Assembly: GCA_000092065.1 (NCBI GenBank)
Contig: CP000597.1
Reading direction: 5' to 3' (one strand)
DNA from: Ostreococcus lucimarinus
Taxonomy: Eukaryota
DNA: 64,000 nucleotides
Shown: piece after piece, positions 53,634 through 63,706 of the stretch
Layout: the number at the start of each line of letters is the position of its first letter
How positions within the stretch are numbered: the stretch's first letter is position 1
The notes under the pieces: model-generated
Told to the model about the DNA's origin: nothing
Database searches by the model: none
Seen by the model: only the letters and a program-made list of their open reading frames with translations
Translations under genes and position numbers: made by a program

Positions 53634-54038
53634 CTACGGCGCGTCACCACCACCTCGTCGCCGTCGGTCCTCGCGAAACGCCTCGACGCTCCGCTCGTAC
53701 TCGCGAGGAACGACGTACAAGAACAGGAACCACCACGCCAGGACGGCGGCGCCGACGATGGTGGTGGATAGCGTTCCGAACCAGCCGGCGACGCGCTCGT
53801 CGAGGTGGAGCACGTTCACTGGCGTCGCGGTGGCGAGCACGCCAGTGGCCACGATTGAGTACGGCTGGCACCACGCGGGTTTCGTCTTCCACATATCTGT
53901 CGGCAGATCGTCGTCGCCCTGGGACGACGCGCGAGCAGGGATGGAAACGATACGACGGTGCGCGCGCGTTCCCGGCGCACGCGCGCGGCAACGAAGCCCC
54001 GCTCGCGTGGGCGCCGGTGGGCGCGCGACGCCGCGCAT
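53634..54038 (-). CDS. Small putative plastid-targeted membrane protein, family not recognised
   Basis: ATG at 54038. Arg/Ala/Pro-rich leader, then WKTKPAWCQPYSIVATGV and a TM segment LSTTIVGAAVLAWWFLFLYVV. Confidence 0.45.
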   Translation of the reverse strand: MRGVARPPAPTRAGLRCRARAPGTRAHRRIVSIPARASSQGDDDLPTDMWKTKPAWCQPYSIVATGVLATATPVNVLHLDERVAGWFGTLSTTIVGAAVLAWWFLFLYVVPREYERSVEAFREDRRRRGGGDAP

Positions 54039-54101
54039 GGCGCTGCTAATTGTGAGGCCAACCCGGCTTCGGTTCGGTGGTGAAAGGTTCGGTGATGATT
54101 A

Positions 54102-55676
54102 TCAATTCGAGCGTCGTTGCTGCTTGCTTCTATTTTCCTGCGGGTCGTTGGCTCCTTTGTCCCCTTTATCCCCATCGCGGTGATGACGCTCGCCGCCGAA
54201 CCGCCGCTCGCCGTCGCCGCGCCCTCCTCTGCCCGCGCGCCCGCCGTCGCCGCGCCCGCCCCTGCCGCCGCGCCCGCCGTCGCCGCGCCCGCCGCCTTGG
54301 CGAAACTTACTCGGCTGGCTCAGTTTGTAATTACCATCCCTCCACATATCGCTTCGATGAATTTCGCCGATGCCTTCGAATATGATTTCTCGAAGCTCGA
54401 CGAAGTTTCGCTCGACGAGCGGTAGCGGATACTTTTCGGCGCCTTCGAGCGCATTCTCTAGCACGAAAGCTGCAGCACCGGAGGCGATCGCGAGAGCTTC
54501 TTCGGCCGAAAACTTGAAACAAATATTCCGCACGGTGTCCGCGATGTGCGGCGGTAAACTGCTCGGCTCAAAACGCGCGGCGCGAACCAACTGACCGGGC
54601 GGCAACGGCGGCGGCGCTTGGTCTCGCTCTCGCTTATGACCCGTAATTTTTGCATCAGCATTCGCCGCCGCGACGGCGGCGTACGTCGTCACCGGTGGCG
54701 GTGGTGGCGCTCCCTTGGTCGTTTGCAGCGACGGCGGCGGCGCCGCGCCCGCTTCCCAGTCCAAAGGCGTGTCGCCGGCGTTGCGCACGACGTCTTCAAA
54801 CGGCGCCCGCAGCGCGGCGTAATCTGGGGTTTGCCCATACTCCAACGTCGCGATCGCGCGTGCGAAAGTTTCTATGGCTGTCGGGCACCCGTGTTTCGGG
54901 CACAACAACGCCGGATTCTTCACGCATTTCTTCTTTTCGCGCTCGACGTTTTGCTTGCTCATCTTTTCTTCGCCCGCCTTCCAGGGCAAAACACCCTCGT
55001 GTGCTTCGACCAAGACGTACAAAGCGCTAAACAAGTCGTCACGCGCGCTCTGTTCCTTGTTTTCGTGCGCGTACACGCTCGCGTACGTCGTCGTCCCTCG
55101 AAACGTCGCGTCGTCCCGCTCCGGCAACACGTTTCCGTCGTCGTCGGTGAACTTGCGCGCCAAACCGAAATCGATCAAATACAACCGCTTCATCCCCTCT
55201 TTACCGTTCCCCACGCACACGTTCCCTGGTTTAATATCTCTGTGCACGTATCCCGCGCCGTGCATGCTCTCCAGCGCGTCCAGCATCGCGATCGCGATCG
55301 CGCACGTCGTCCTCGGCCCGAACCGTCCGCCCCGCGCGCGACTTCGCAAATCCGCCAAATTCTCCCCCACCAGTTCCATCGCCAGGAACGGCTTCCCCTC
55401 GTGCGACGATTCCAGCAGTAACTCCGCGAAGTGTTCCTTCCCCGCCATCGCTCGCATCACCCGCGCCTCTCGCGCGCTCGTCCTGTGTTCGCTCTCCACC
55501 TTGACCGCGACGCGCGCGCCGTCCCGCGTCGCGTCGTTCGCCGCGTACACCTCCGCGAACTGTCCTCGTCCCAGCTTCGGCGCCGACGCCACCGTGAACC
55601 GTCCGTCCGCGCCCAATCGCGCGCCCGGTTTCAGCAGATTGTGCGGCTGCGCGAACTGCGTCGTCGATTTGCTCAT
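54102..55676 (-). CDS. Ser/Thr protein kinase, casein kinase 1 / TTBK-like, with RGG-rich tail
   Basis: ATG at 55676. Kinase motifs LGRGQFAEVY, VAVKVE, YVHRDIKPGN, LIDFGLARKF, FRGTTTYAS. C-terminal GGGRGDGGRGGRGGRGDGGRAGRGGRG. Confidence 0.85.
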   Translation of the reverse strand: MSKSTTQFAQPHNLLKPGARLGADGRFTVASAPKLGRGQFAEVYAANDATRDGARVAVKVESEHRTSAREARVMRAMAGKEHFAELLLESSHEGKPFLAMELVGENLADLRSRARGGRFGPRTTCAIAIAMLDALESMHGAGYVHRDIKPGNVCVGNGKEGMKRLYLIDFGLARKFTDDDGNVLPERDDATFRGTTTYASVYAHENKEQSARDDLFSALYVLVEAHEGVLPWKAGEEKMSKQNVEREKKKCVKNPALLCPKHGCPTAIETFARAIATLEYGQTPDYAALRAPFEDVVRNAGDTPLDWEAGAAPPPSLQTTKGAPPPPPVTTYAAVAAANADAKITGHKRERDQAPPPLPPGQLVRAARFEPSSLPPHIADTVRNICFKFSAEEALAIASGAAAFVLENALEGAEKYPLPLVERNFVELREIIFEGIGEIHRSDMWRDGNYKLSQPSKFRQGGGRGDGGRGGRGGRGDGGRAGRGGRGDGERRFGGERHHRDGDKGDKGANDPQENRSKQQRRSN

Positions 55677-56101
55677 CGCGACGCGAATCGCTCGACCGTC
55701 GGCGATCCCGTCCCGTCGCGCCCCGTCGCGTCGCGCCCGCGTCCCGCGTCGCGTCGCGTCGCGCGCGTCGCGCGTCCGCGTTCGCTCGCGCGTCGCGCGT
55801 CGCTCGCGCGGGCGTCGCTCGCGCGGGCGTCGGATTCTGTCGTCACTCCGCGCCGCTCGGTCCGACCGTCATGAGCGACAATCCCGCGATGACGATCGTC
55901 GTCGTCTGCGTCGCGGTCACGGTGACGTTCCTCGCCGCGTGCGTCGCGCTGTTCGCGCGCGCCGAGCGCGCGCGACCGACGCCGAGGCCGAGGAAGAGGC
56001 TGAGCGCGAAGAAGCGCGCGCGCGAGCTCAAGCGACGCTCGACGCGCGAGATCGGGTGACGCGCGCGCGAAGAGCGACGACGCATGGTCGATATCGATCG
56101 A

Positions 56102-57892
56102 TTAATCATCGGCGTCGGAGGGGACGTCGTCGTCGCCGGAGGAGGAGGACGGACGGGAGGAGGCGCGCGCGCGGACGACGAAGGAAGCGTCGCGACGAGC
56201 GACGGCGTCGGGAGCGTCGCGAAGCCGGAGGACGAGGGCGAGGGAGGCGGACGCGGCGAGGGCGCCGATGAGGAAGGTGAAGGGTAAATTCCCGGCGCGG
56301 GGGGTCTGGATCCAGACGTAGACGCCGGATTTCGTGTGGAGGACGAGGTCGGTGAAACCGTCGCCGTCGACGTCTCGAGCGACGAGCGGAGCCGCGGGAG
56401 GGGAGGGGAGCTCGATCGGTGCCGTCGCGCGGTAGCCCTTGGAGTTGACGATGACCATCGAACTCGCGCCGGTGGCGATGGCGAGGTCCAAGTATCCATC
56501 GACGCGTATGGGGAACGACGTCAGCGACGGTTTGACGACGTCGTCGCTCGGCGTCCAATCCGCGGTGGTGCGAATTTGCCAACGCTTTTGCTCACCGTCT
56601 CGCGCGTTGTAACACGTCATCTCACCGCGACTGTTGAGAAAAATCGCGTCCCTTCCCATGCGATCGAGCGGTTTCGCGAGCTCGCTCGATGTTTCCGGTA
56701 ACCTGCGAAGCGAAATCGGCGAAACGACTTCGACGGCGCGAATGTCTCGCCCCGCGGCTTGCGCGGCGCGATGACCGGCCAAGCCGCTCCCGCCTCTGCA
56801 AATACTCGCACTGAGCGTGCGTCCCTCGTCGGGCACTCCCGACGTCACGGTCGCCCAACAGTGCGGAATGTCCTCGGCGCTGCGTAAGTTTCGGCCGTGC
56901 GCCTCGACGTGGTCGACGACGCCGTCGCCGTCGAGATCGACGTGCAATCCCGGACTCTTCAATTTCATTTCGCACACCTTGACGCCCGAGTACAAGTGCA
57001 ACACGTCGATGCCCTCGGCGTGATGTGAGACGACGACGTTCGGTGGTTCTCGTTTTCTCACGCGCCGCGCGTGCGTCGACGCGTGCGGCGGATGCGCGTC
57101 GTCGTCGTCGAGTCTACGTTTCGACTCGCCTTTCAGCGCGTCCAACGCGCGTCCGAACGCGCGCGTCGCCGCGTTCGACGGCACGGCTTTCGCCGCCGCC
57201 GCGCCGCGTTTGCGTTTGCCCGCGCTCGCCTTGTCGCGCGCCATCGCGTTTGCGCGAGATTTGTGTCGTCTAAAGTGCGCCAAACGCATCTTCGTATCCA
57301 CCGGGTGCCGCCACAGATGCGGTAGCCCATCCTGCACGATGCTCTCTCTAAAATCTCGACACGCGCGCTCCACGGCGCCGTCGATCTCGTCGTCGTCCAA
57401 GTTTCTCAGGCTCAACCTCGCGCGCGCGCGCCGACGGTGTTCGTCCTCGCCGCTCGTCTCCGTCCAACGCCTCGCGCCCGTGCGAGCGTCGAACGCGTAA
57501 TATTCAAACTCTCCGCCCTCCTCGTCCTCGAGAACCTCGCGCTCGACCTCATCCACCGCGTCGACCCCCCCGAATCCCCGCGTTCGTCCCCGTCGCGTCT
57601 CCATCGTCATCCGCCGCAGCGCCTCGTCGCTCAACCCGCGTCTCGCCCGTCTCTCGCGCCGCACGCCCACGACGACCAGCCCATCGTCCCCTACCTCCGT
57701 GCCCTCGTTCGTCACGACGATCGACGCCTCCGTCGCTCGCCATCGTCCCGTCGGCGCCGTCTCCGCGCGCCACAGCTCGCGCAGCCCGTCGTCGAACGCC
57801 ACCGCGCGCGCGTCTCGCGTCGCCGCCACGACGATCCCGCGCTTCTCTCGCCCCCGTCCGACGATCCCACGCTCGATGACGATCGCGCCGTA

Positions 57893-57933
<41 letters not shown>

Positions 57934-58267
57934 GCGCCAGACTCGCCGTCGCGCGCGTCGACCGCGTCCGACCAACCACCCCTCCGTACTGTTTACCCAT
58001 ACGTCTTCGCCCAAGCGCGTCCTCCCGCGCCTCGCGCGTCACGCCCTCGCGAATCCGCGCGCCCGCGACGTACGCGTGCGTCCGCGACATCGCCGGCGCG
58101 ACGCCCGCGATCGCGCGCCCCCGTTCGTCGCGTCCCGCGCCTCGGCGCGCGCCGAATCCGTCGTCGAATCGCGCGCTCGGCGCGAACGTCACGCCCTCCC
58201 GCGCGCGCGCGGCGACGAAGCACGCGAGCGCGGCGACGCACAGCGCGAGGACGTCCCTCGCGAGCAT
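56102..58267 (-). CDS. FG-GAP/VCBS-repeat type I membrane protein
   Basis: ATG at 58267 gives a signal peptide MLARDVLALCVAALACFVAARA. Ca-binding-like loops DLDGDGVVDHV and DVDGDGFTDLV. C-terminal TM segment LPFTFLIGALAASASLALVL. The upstream 230 codons of ORF 56102..58957 are antisense to the KH gene. Confidence 0.7.
57894..57932. repeat. (GTC)13 trinucleotide run encoding Asp12 in the FG-GAP gene
   Basis: Uninterrupted cgtcgtcgtc... run. The protein shows DDDDDDDDDDDD. Confidence 0.9.
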
Positions 58268-58379
58268 CGCCGCGCGCGCGCGGCGCGATTCGACGCGCGT
58301 CGACGCGCCGGCGCGTCGCGATGTGATTTCGCGCGCGCGACCGACGACGCGCGCGACGCGCGATTTCGCGACGCGCGCG

Positions 58380-58653
58380 ATGCGCGAGCGCCGCGCGTCG
58401 ACGCGAAGCGACGACGACGACGACGACGCGTGCGGCGCGAAGGCGAGCGCGGGCGACGCGGTGACGGACGCGGAAACGGCGCCGACGCGCGAAGATTCGG
58501 ATTCGGCGCGCGACGGCGCGACGACGACGCGCGACGCGCGAGCGCGCGACGACGCGCGCGACGACGACGGCGACGACGACGGCGAGGTCGCGGACGCGCG
58601 GACGCGGAAACGGCGACGCGCGGACGCGCGGGAGGGGCGGGAGGCGAGACGAC

Positions 58654-58715
<62 letters not shown>

Positions 58716-59666
58716 GCGCGGACGACGCGACGCGACGACGAGGCGGAGGACTCGGTGATCGGGGAAGACCCCGCGGTGACGGCGGCGAAAAACGCGGCGC
58801 GCGCGGGACCGACGGCGGCGGAGGCGGCGGCGGCGGCGGAGGCGGAGGCGGCGCGAAGACGCGCGGAGGAGGCGGCGAACGCGCTCGTCACGCGGACGAT
58901 CGATTGTCCGCAGAGCATGGTGGGGAGAATAATCGGTCGGGGTGGGGAGACGATCAAGGGGCTGCAAGCGTCGTCGGGAGCGCACGTCGCGATCGATCAA
59001 AACGTCGGCGAGGGCGAACCGAGGAAGATTACGATCGCGGGCGCGGCGGCGTGCGTGGACGTCGCGAGCGAGTTGGTGGAGAATTTGCTCCTGGGCACGG
59101 GCGTGGGAGGCGGGTTGTTGGTCACCCCGGGACAGATCACGCGGTCGATCGAGTGCCCGAAGGAATCGGTGGGGAAACTCATCGGGCGCGGCGGCGAGAC
59201 GATTCGCGGGATACAAACAGCCACCGGCGCGCGCATGCAAATCGATCAGACCCGTCAGCCGTGTCAGGTCATCCTCGCCGGTTCCGAGGCGTGCGTGGAA
59301 GCTGGCGCGCAGGTGGTTCAAGAAATCATCGACGGCGGCTCGACGGCGGTGTTTAACGAAATCGCTCGAGGCGGTCAAGGATTCGGCGGTCAAGGATTCG
59401 GCGGTCAAGGATACGGCGCGCAAGCCGCCGGTTGGGGCGCGCCTCAAGCGCAAGCCGCCGCCTACGCCAATCCCGCGGCGTACGCGCAGCAACAAGCGAT
59501 GTACGCGCAAATGTACGCGCAGCACTACGGGCAGCAGTACGCCGCCGTCGCCCCCGTCGCCGCCGCCAACCCGTGGCGCGCGCTCGACGACGGCAAGGGC
59601 AACGTCTACTACTACAACGCCCTCACCGGTGTGTCCCAGTGGGAGAAACCGAGCGAATTGACTTGA
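58380..59666 (+). CDS. RNA-binding protein with two KH domains and a C-terminal WW domain (FUBP/KSRP-like)
   Basis: ATG at 58380 is the most proximal in-frame ATG. KH GXXG loops VGRIIGRGGETIKGLQ and VGKLIGRGGETIRGIQ. Gly/Gln/Tyr-rich region. WW domain PWRALDDGKGNVYYYNALTGVSQWEKP. Confidence 0.75.
58656..58712. repeat. (GAC)19 trinucleotide run encoding Asp19 in the KH-domain gene
   Basis: Uninterrupted gacgacgac... run. The protein shows 19 consecutive Asp. Confidence 0.9.
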
Positions 59667-59832
59667 TTTATAGACGGTGTAATCGATGCCTCGCATCGCG
59701 CGACGGGTCCGACTCGACTTTTTCCTTCGCCGTCGCGAGTCGCCGCACTTCGCGCCTCGCGCCGCGTCGCCGCGCTCGCGCGGCGCGCGCCGATCGCCGC
59801 GCGGCGCCGCCTCTCGCGCGCGCGCATCGCGC

Positions 59833-60015
59833 ATGCGCGTCTCCTCGCGCGCGCTCGCGCCGCGCGACACCGCGCGCGGCGCGCGAGCGCGTCGAAAGCG
59901 CGTCGGCGGCGGCGCCGTCCGCGCGGTGTCGCGCTCGACCGCGCGCGAAAACCGCCGCGAGGAGCTCGTGTGCTACTGGGATTTAGATAACATGCGACCG
60001 CCGTGCGGCGTGGAG
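59833..60015 (+). CDS. NYN-domain protein, exon 1 (start uncertain)
   Basis: The frame of ORF 59686..60282 encodes ELVCYWDLDNMRPPCGVE, the typical start of a limkain-b1/MARF1-type NYN domain. Donor GAG|GTGCGT at 60016. ATG at 59833 was chosen because 59686 lies only 20 nt after the previous stop. Confidence 0.45.
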
Positions 60016-60301
60016 GTGCGTCGACGCCTCGCGCGCGGTTCGTCGACGCGTTTCGTTTGGCTCGTCGCGCGCGCGCCCGGCTTACCAGCTCCACGTTCCG
60101 AACCGAATGAACCGCGAGTTAAACGGCCGGGCAACATCGACGTCGATCATCAGAAGCTCGCTCGTCCTTTTCCGTGGGTGAATGAGTTCATGAGGTCGCG
60201 ACATTCCATCTTTGACGCGCTCGGCGCGACGCGCTCGGCGCGACGAATTTCTTCGAGCCGACGCGCGCGAACGAATTACTGACGCGCGCTTTCACTCGCA
60301 G
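60016..60301 (+). other. Spliceosomal intron (286 nt, GT-AG, phase 0) in the NYN-domain gene
   Basis: Donor GTGCGT at 60016. TACTGAC at 60277-60283. Acceptor ttcactcgcag ends at 60301. Splicing joins ...PPCGVE to ALWAARIVEAS... and restores one continuous NYN domain from two ORFs in different frames. Confidence 0.75.
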
Positions 60302-60958
60302 GCGCTTTGGGCGGCGAGAATAGTCGAAGCGTCGAAATCGTTCGCGAAGAAGTGCGTGGTTCGCGCGTACGCGAATAAGACGACGCTCTCCGCGCCGCGA
60401 TTGCGCGAACGGTTGACGCGCGCCGGCGTCGACATCGTGGAAGTGAGCGACGTCTCGCAGGCGGCGGATGAGAGGTTAATGAGCGACGTATACGTTCGCG
60501 CGCGAGACGCGAATGACGCCGGCGTGGCGAACGAGCTCGCGACGATGGTGATGACGTGCGACGCGCGATTGTCGATTTGCGTAGAACAGAGCCGCGTTCG
60601 CGGGTTGCTCACTATCGCTCTCTCGGATTATCTGCGAACGTGGCGCTCGAGACCAGAGTTCAGACACTTGTTTCAAAAGTTTGCCAAAGTCCACGCGTTG
60701 TATGACGCCAGCTCCTACGAGCGCGCTTTGCAGACGATCGCGCGGAACGGGAAGATGTTCTCACAGAGCAAACTCGCCAAATCCGCCGACGTCGCCCTGG
60801 TGTGGGATCCACGTCGCGTCATGACAGTGACGCCCGCCGAACTCAAGGTCCACAACCGAGTGCACGAGCGCGGCGACGACGATTTCGGTTCCCCCGTGGC
60901 GGCGCCCGGCGGCGTCGTCGGCACCCTTCTCGACGGCGCCATCGTGGTTTGGGCGTAA
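60302..60958 (+). CDS. NYN-domain protein, exon 2
   Basis: CVVRAYANKTTLSAPRLRERLTRAGVDIVEVSDVSQAADERLMSD fits the NYN pattern (rayan...r..l...Gv.....v....aaD..l..d). Stop at 60956-60958. Confidence 0.75.
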   Translation, partial: ALWAARIVEASKSFAKKCVVRAYANKTTLSAPRLRERLTRAGVDIVEVSDVSQAADERLMSDVYVRARDANDAGVANELATMVMTCDARLSICVEQSRVRGLLTIALSDYLRTWRSRPEFRHLFQKFAKVHALYDASSYERALQTIARNGKMFSQSKLAKSADVALVWDPRRVMTVTPAELKVHNRVHERGDDDFGSPVAAPGGVVGTLLDGAIVVWA

Positions 60959-61172
60959 CGCGCGACGAATCGAGCGTCGCTTCGGCAACGACCGCGCGCG
61001 CAAAAACGAAACATTCATTCATTCGCTCACCGATTGTTCGATTCTTCTGTATGCTGCCATGTATTCATTTGTTTGTATTGCTAAAAGTACGAAATGTAAA
61101 ATGTATAAACGCGCGACCTCGCGTCGACGAAACCGCGTCCCTCGCGCGTCCCACCCGCGTCCCTCGCGTCCC

Positions 61173-61658
61173 TCAATTCAACGTGTACAACCCGATCGCC
61201 GGTCCGATGAACCTGAACACCACCCAAAAAAATGCCAATCCTCCCGCGCCGTACAGCGACGCTTGATTCATCCAGTACATCCATCCTTTCTCTCCCGTCC
61301 ACACCGTCCACGCGCGTTCGCCCGCGGGCGTCTCTTCCCACGCCGCCGGGTCCGCCTCCCACATCGCGTACTGCCCGTTCGCTCCCGCGCGCACGCGATT
61401 CTTCTTCGCCGCGGTGTCCAGGTACCCGAACGCGGGATTCGCGCCTCGCGCGCGCGCGTCGCGCGCGTCCGCCGTCGTTTTCGCGTTCGCGCGCTTCGGT
61501 TTCAGTCTCGCCTCGAGGGCTTCGATCGAGTCTCGGTCGTCGCTCGACGCGCGGACGCGCGCGCGGGACGCGCGCGCGGACGCGCGAGACTCTTTACGCG
61601 CGCGGGGACGCGCGAGCGCGGCGCGCGGCGCGGACGGCGCGATGGAGGACGGCGACAT
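61173..61658 (-). CDS. Small putative plastid-targeted protein with one C-terminal TM helix
   Basis: ATG at 61658. Ser/Ala/Arg-rich leader. Trp-rich region WTVWTGEKGWMYWMNQASLYGAGGLAFFWVVFRFIGPAIGLY. Family not recognised. Confidence 0.45.
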   Translation of the reverse strand: MSPSSIAPSAPRAALARPRARKESRASARASRARVRASSDDRDSIEALEARLKPKRANAKTTADARDARARGANPAFGYLDTAAKKNRVRAGANGQYAMWEADPAAWEETPAGERAWTVWTGEKGWMYWMNQASLYGAGGLAFFWVVFRFIGPAIGLYTLN

Positions 61659-61720
61659 GTCGCGGCGAGGCGATAAGTGCGGGGTCGGGCGGAACGCGAG
61701 ACGCGAATACGAATACAAAG

Positions 61721-63643
61721 TCACGAAGACGGCGCGAGCGCGGCGCTGAGCTCGCGCTCGCGAGCGACGGCGTCGCGAAGCTCCTTGACGAGGGCGACGT
61801 ATTGACGCTGAAGACGGACGGCGTCGTCGTGACGCGCGCGACATTCGGCCTCGGCGTCGCGCTCGGATTTGAGCTTGGCGTCGACGAGCTTGATGTTCGC
61901 CGTGACGCCGTCCTGAATCGCGGCTAGGGCGGTGACGAGGGACGATTTCCCGGATAACGTCTCCAACGCCGGCGCGACTTGCTGCTGGACGGAGTTCAGG
62001 AGGGAGATTTCTTTTCGAAGATACTTTTTCGTGTCGGCGAGGACGTTGTACGCGGCAAAGTACTTGCGCGTTTCCTTGAGCTTGGCCTGCACGGTGTCGT
62101 AGAGCTCTTCGAAGCGACGTTCGTATTGAATCAACTCCGGACGCGTTGGGATGTCCTCGAGCTTGCGCCGCAGGAGCGCCACCGCGCGCGAGCGTTTGTT
62201 CAGCATCGCGCGTTCGCCTTCAAATTTTTCCCGTTCGCGGCGGTGCGTCGCGTCCACTTCTTCAATCTGCGCGCGCTCTTCCTCGGTGAGCGTGTGCTCG
62301 CCGCCGCGTTCGATTTCGTCTTTAAGCTCGAGCATGCGCTTTTTACACTCGGCTTTGAACTCTTTTTCGTCCGCCTTGGTGCTCGACGCTCTCTTTATCA
62401 GCGCCATGACGCGCTCGACGGATGCGCGTTGCCCGGGATCGGCGACGGATTCCATGAGACTTTTAGTCTCCGTCTCGCACTTGTCGTTGTACGCCGTCAC
62501 CTTTTCTAACTCTTCCAGCGCGGCGACGACCTCGGCTTGCGCGGCTTCGGCGCGTTGACGCGCCTCGCTCGCCGCCGCGGTCTCCGCCGCGAGCTTGCGC
62601 TCCATGGCGGCGATTTTCCGCTCCACCGCGAGCATCTTCCCCACCGTCCCACCGATCGCGATCTCCCCCCCGAACTTCTCCGCCGCCGCTAAAATTTCCT
62701 CGCCACCGCGCGCGCCTAAAATCGCGCGCGCGACGGCGCTCGAAAGCGTATCCTCGCCGTCCGCGACGGCGAGTTCGGATTCCAAATCCCGCAACGCGTT
62801 CAATTCGCTCACCGCCGCCTCGTCCTCCTCCTCGTCGTCCTCGTCCCCCCCCGCCCCCCCCGCTCCCGGCGCGACGACGAGCGCGCTCACCTTGCTCACC
62901 AACGACGCCGCGCCCTCTCGCCCGCCCTCTCCCGCCTCGCTCGCCCGCGTCGCTCCCGCCGCCTTACCCGCCCGCGTCCTCCGCCTCCATCGAGTCGCCG
63001 CCAACACCGCCGTCGCCGCGCTCGCGAACGCCTCCAACCCCGCGAGTTTATGCCCGTACTCCATCATCACCGATTTCGCCCACCGCGACGCGTTCTCTCG
63101 CGGCGGTTCCTTCCCCGCCGCGCGCTTGTACCGCCGTCTCGCGCCGTACTCTTCGCGCAGCGCGCGTCTCGCTCTCGCCGCCCGCTCGCGCGTCCGCGCC
63201 GTCCCCAGCGCCTCCCGTCCGCACGTTCGTTTGTACGCATACATCGCCCGCGCTCTCGCGTCCCGTTTTCGCCGCTCGCGCGTCTCCAACACCCGCGTTA
63301 TCAACCACCGCGCCGTCGGCAGCAGCGCGTCCGCGTCCAGTCCCCCGATCTGGTGCGCCCTGAGCGCGCCCGGCGCGCCCATGTCCCGCAGCGCGCGCTC
63401 GATCGCCTCGCACGCGCGCAATCGCTCGCCCATCGTCGCGTACAGCGCGTCGGCGTCGACGTCGTCCAGCGCGCCGTCCGCCGCGCGCACCGCCCACGCG
63501 AGCGCGCCGAGCACGCGGTCGAACGGCGCGAGCGACGCGAAGCGCGCGCGGTGGCACCCGGCGGCGACGAACAGGTCGGTGATCTCGTCGACGCGGCTCG
63601 CGTCCGTCGCGCGCGACGCCGCGATCGCGTCGTCGACCGTCAT
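61721..63643 (-). CDS. CCDC93: CCDC93-like coiled-coil protein (CCC/commander complex component)
   Basis: ATG at 63643. N-terminal EITDLFVAAGCHRARFASLAPFDRVLGALAWAV...AHQIGGLDADALLPTARWLITRVLETRE parallels human CCDC93 ([29 protein letters not shown]...[28 protein letters not shown]). Long C-terminal coiled coil. Confidence 0.7.
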   Translation of the reverse strand: MTVDDAIAASRATDASRVDEITDLFVAAGCHRARFASLAPFDRVLGALAWAVRAADGALDDVDADALYATMGERLRACEAIERALRDMGAPGALRAHQIGGLDADALLPTARWLITRVLETRERRKRDARARAMYAYKRTCGREALGTARTRERAARARRALREEYGARRRYKRAAGKEPPRENASRWAKSVMMEYGHKLAGLEAFASAATAVLAATRWRRRTRAGKAAGATRASEAGEGGREGAASLVSKVSALVVAPGAGGAGGDEDDEEEDEAAVSELNALRDLESELAVADGEDTLSSAVARAILGARGGEEILAAAEKFGGEIAIGGTVGKMLAVERKIAAMERKLAAETAAASEARQRAEAAQAEVVAALEELEKVTAYNDKCETETKSLMESVADPGQRASVERVMALIKRASSTKADEKEFKAECKKRMLELKDEIERGGEHTLTEEERAQIEEVDATHRREREKFEGERAMLNKRSRAVALLRRKLEDIPTRPELIQYERRFEELYDTVQAKLKETRKYFAAYNVLADTKKYLRKEISLLNSVQQQVAPALETLSGKSSLVTALAAIQDGVTANIKLVDAKLKSERDAEAECRARHDDAVRLQRQYVALVKELRDAVARERELSAALAPSS

Positions 63644-63706
63644 CGTTTTAATTTTAATGTAATTCGCATCCGATTCGCGCCGCGCCGCACTGTGACGCGC
63701 CTCGCG

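Noticed and set aside
58268-58957. The upstream 230 codons of ORF 56102..58957 (FG-GAP gene)
   Set aside because: This is a Ser/Ala/Arg low-complexity reading antisense to the KH-domain gene. The ATG at 58267 yields a clean signal peptide.
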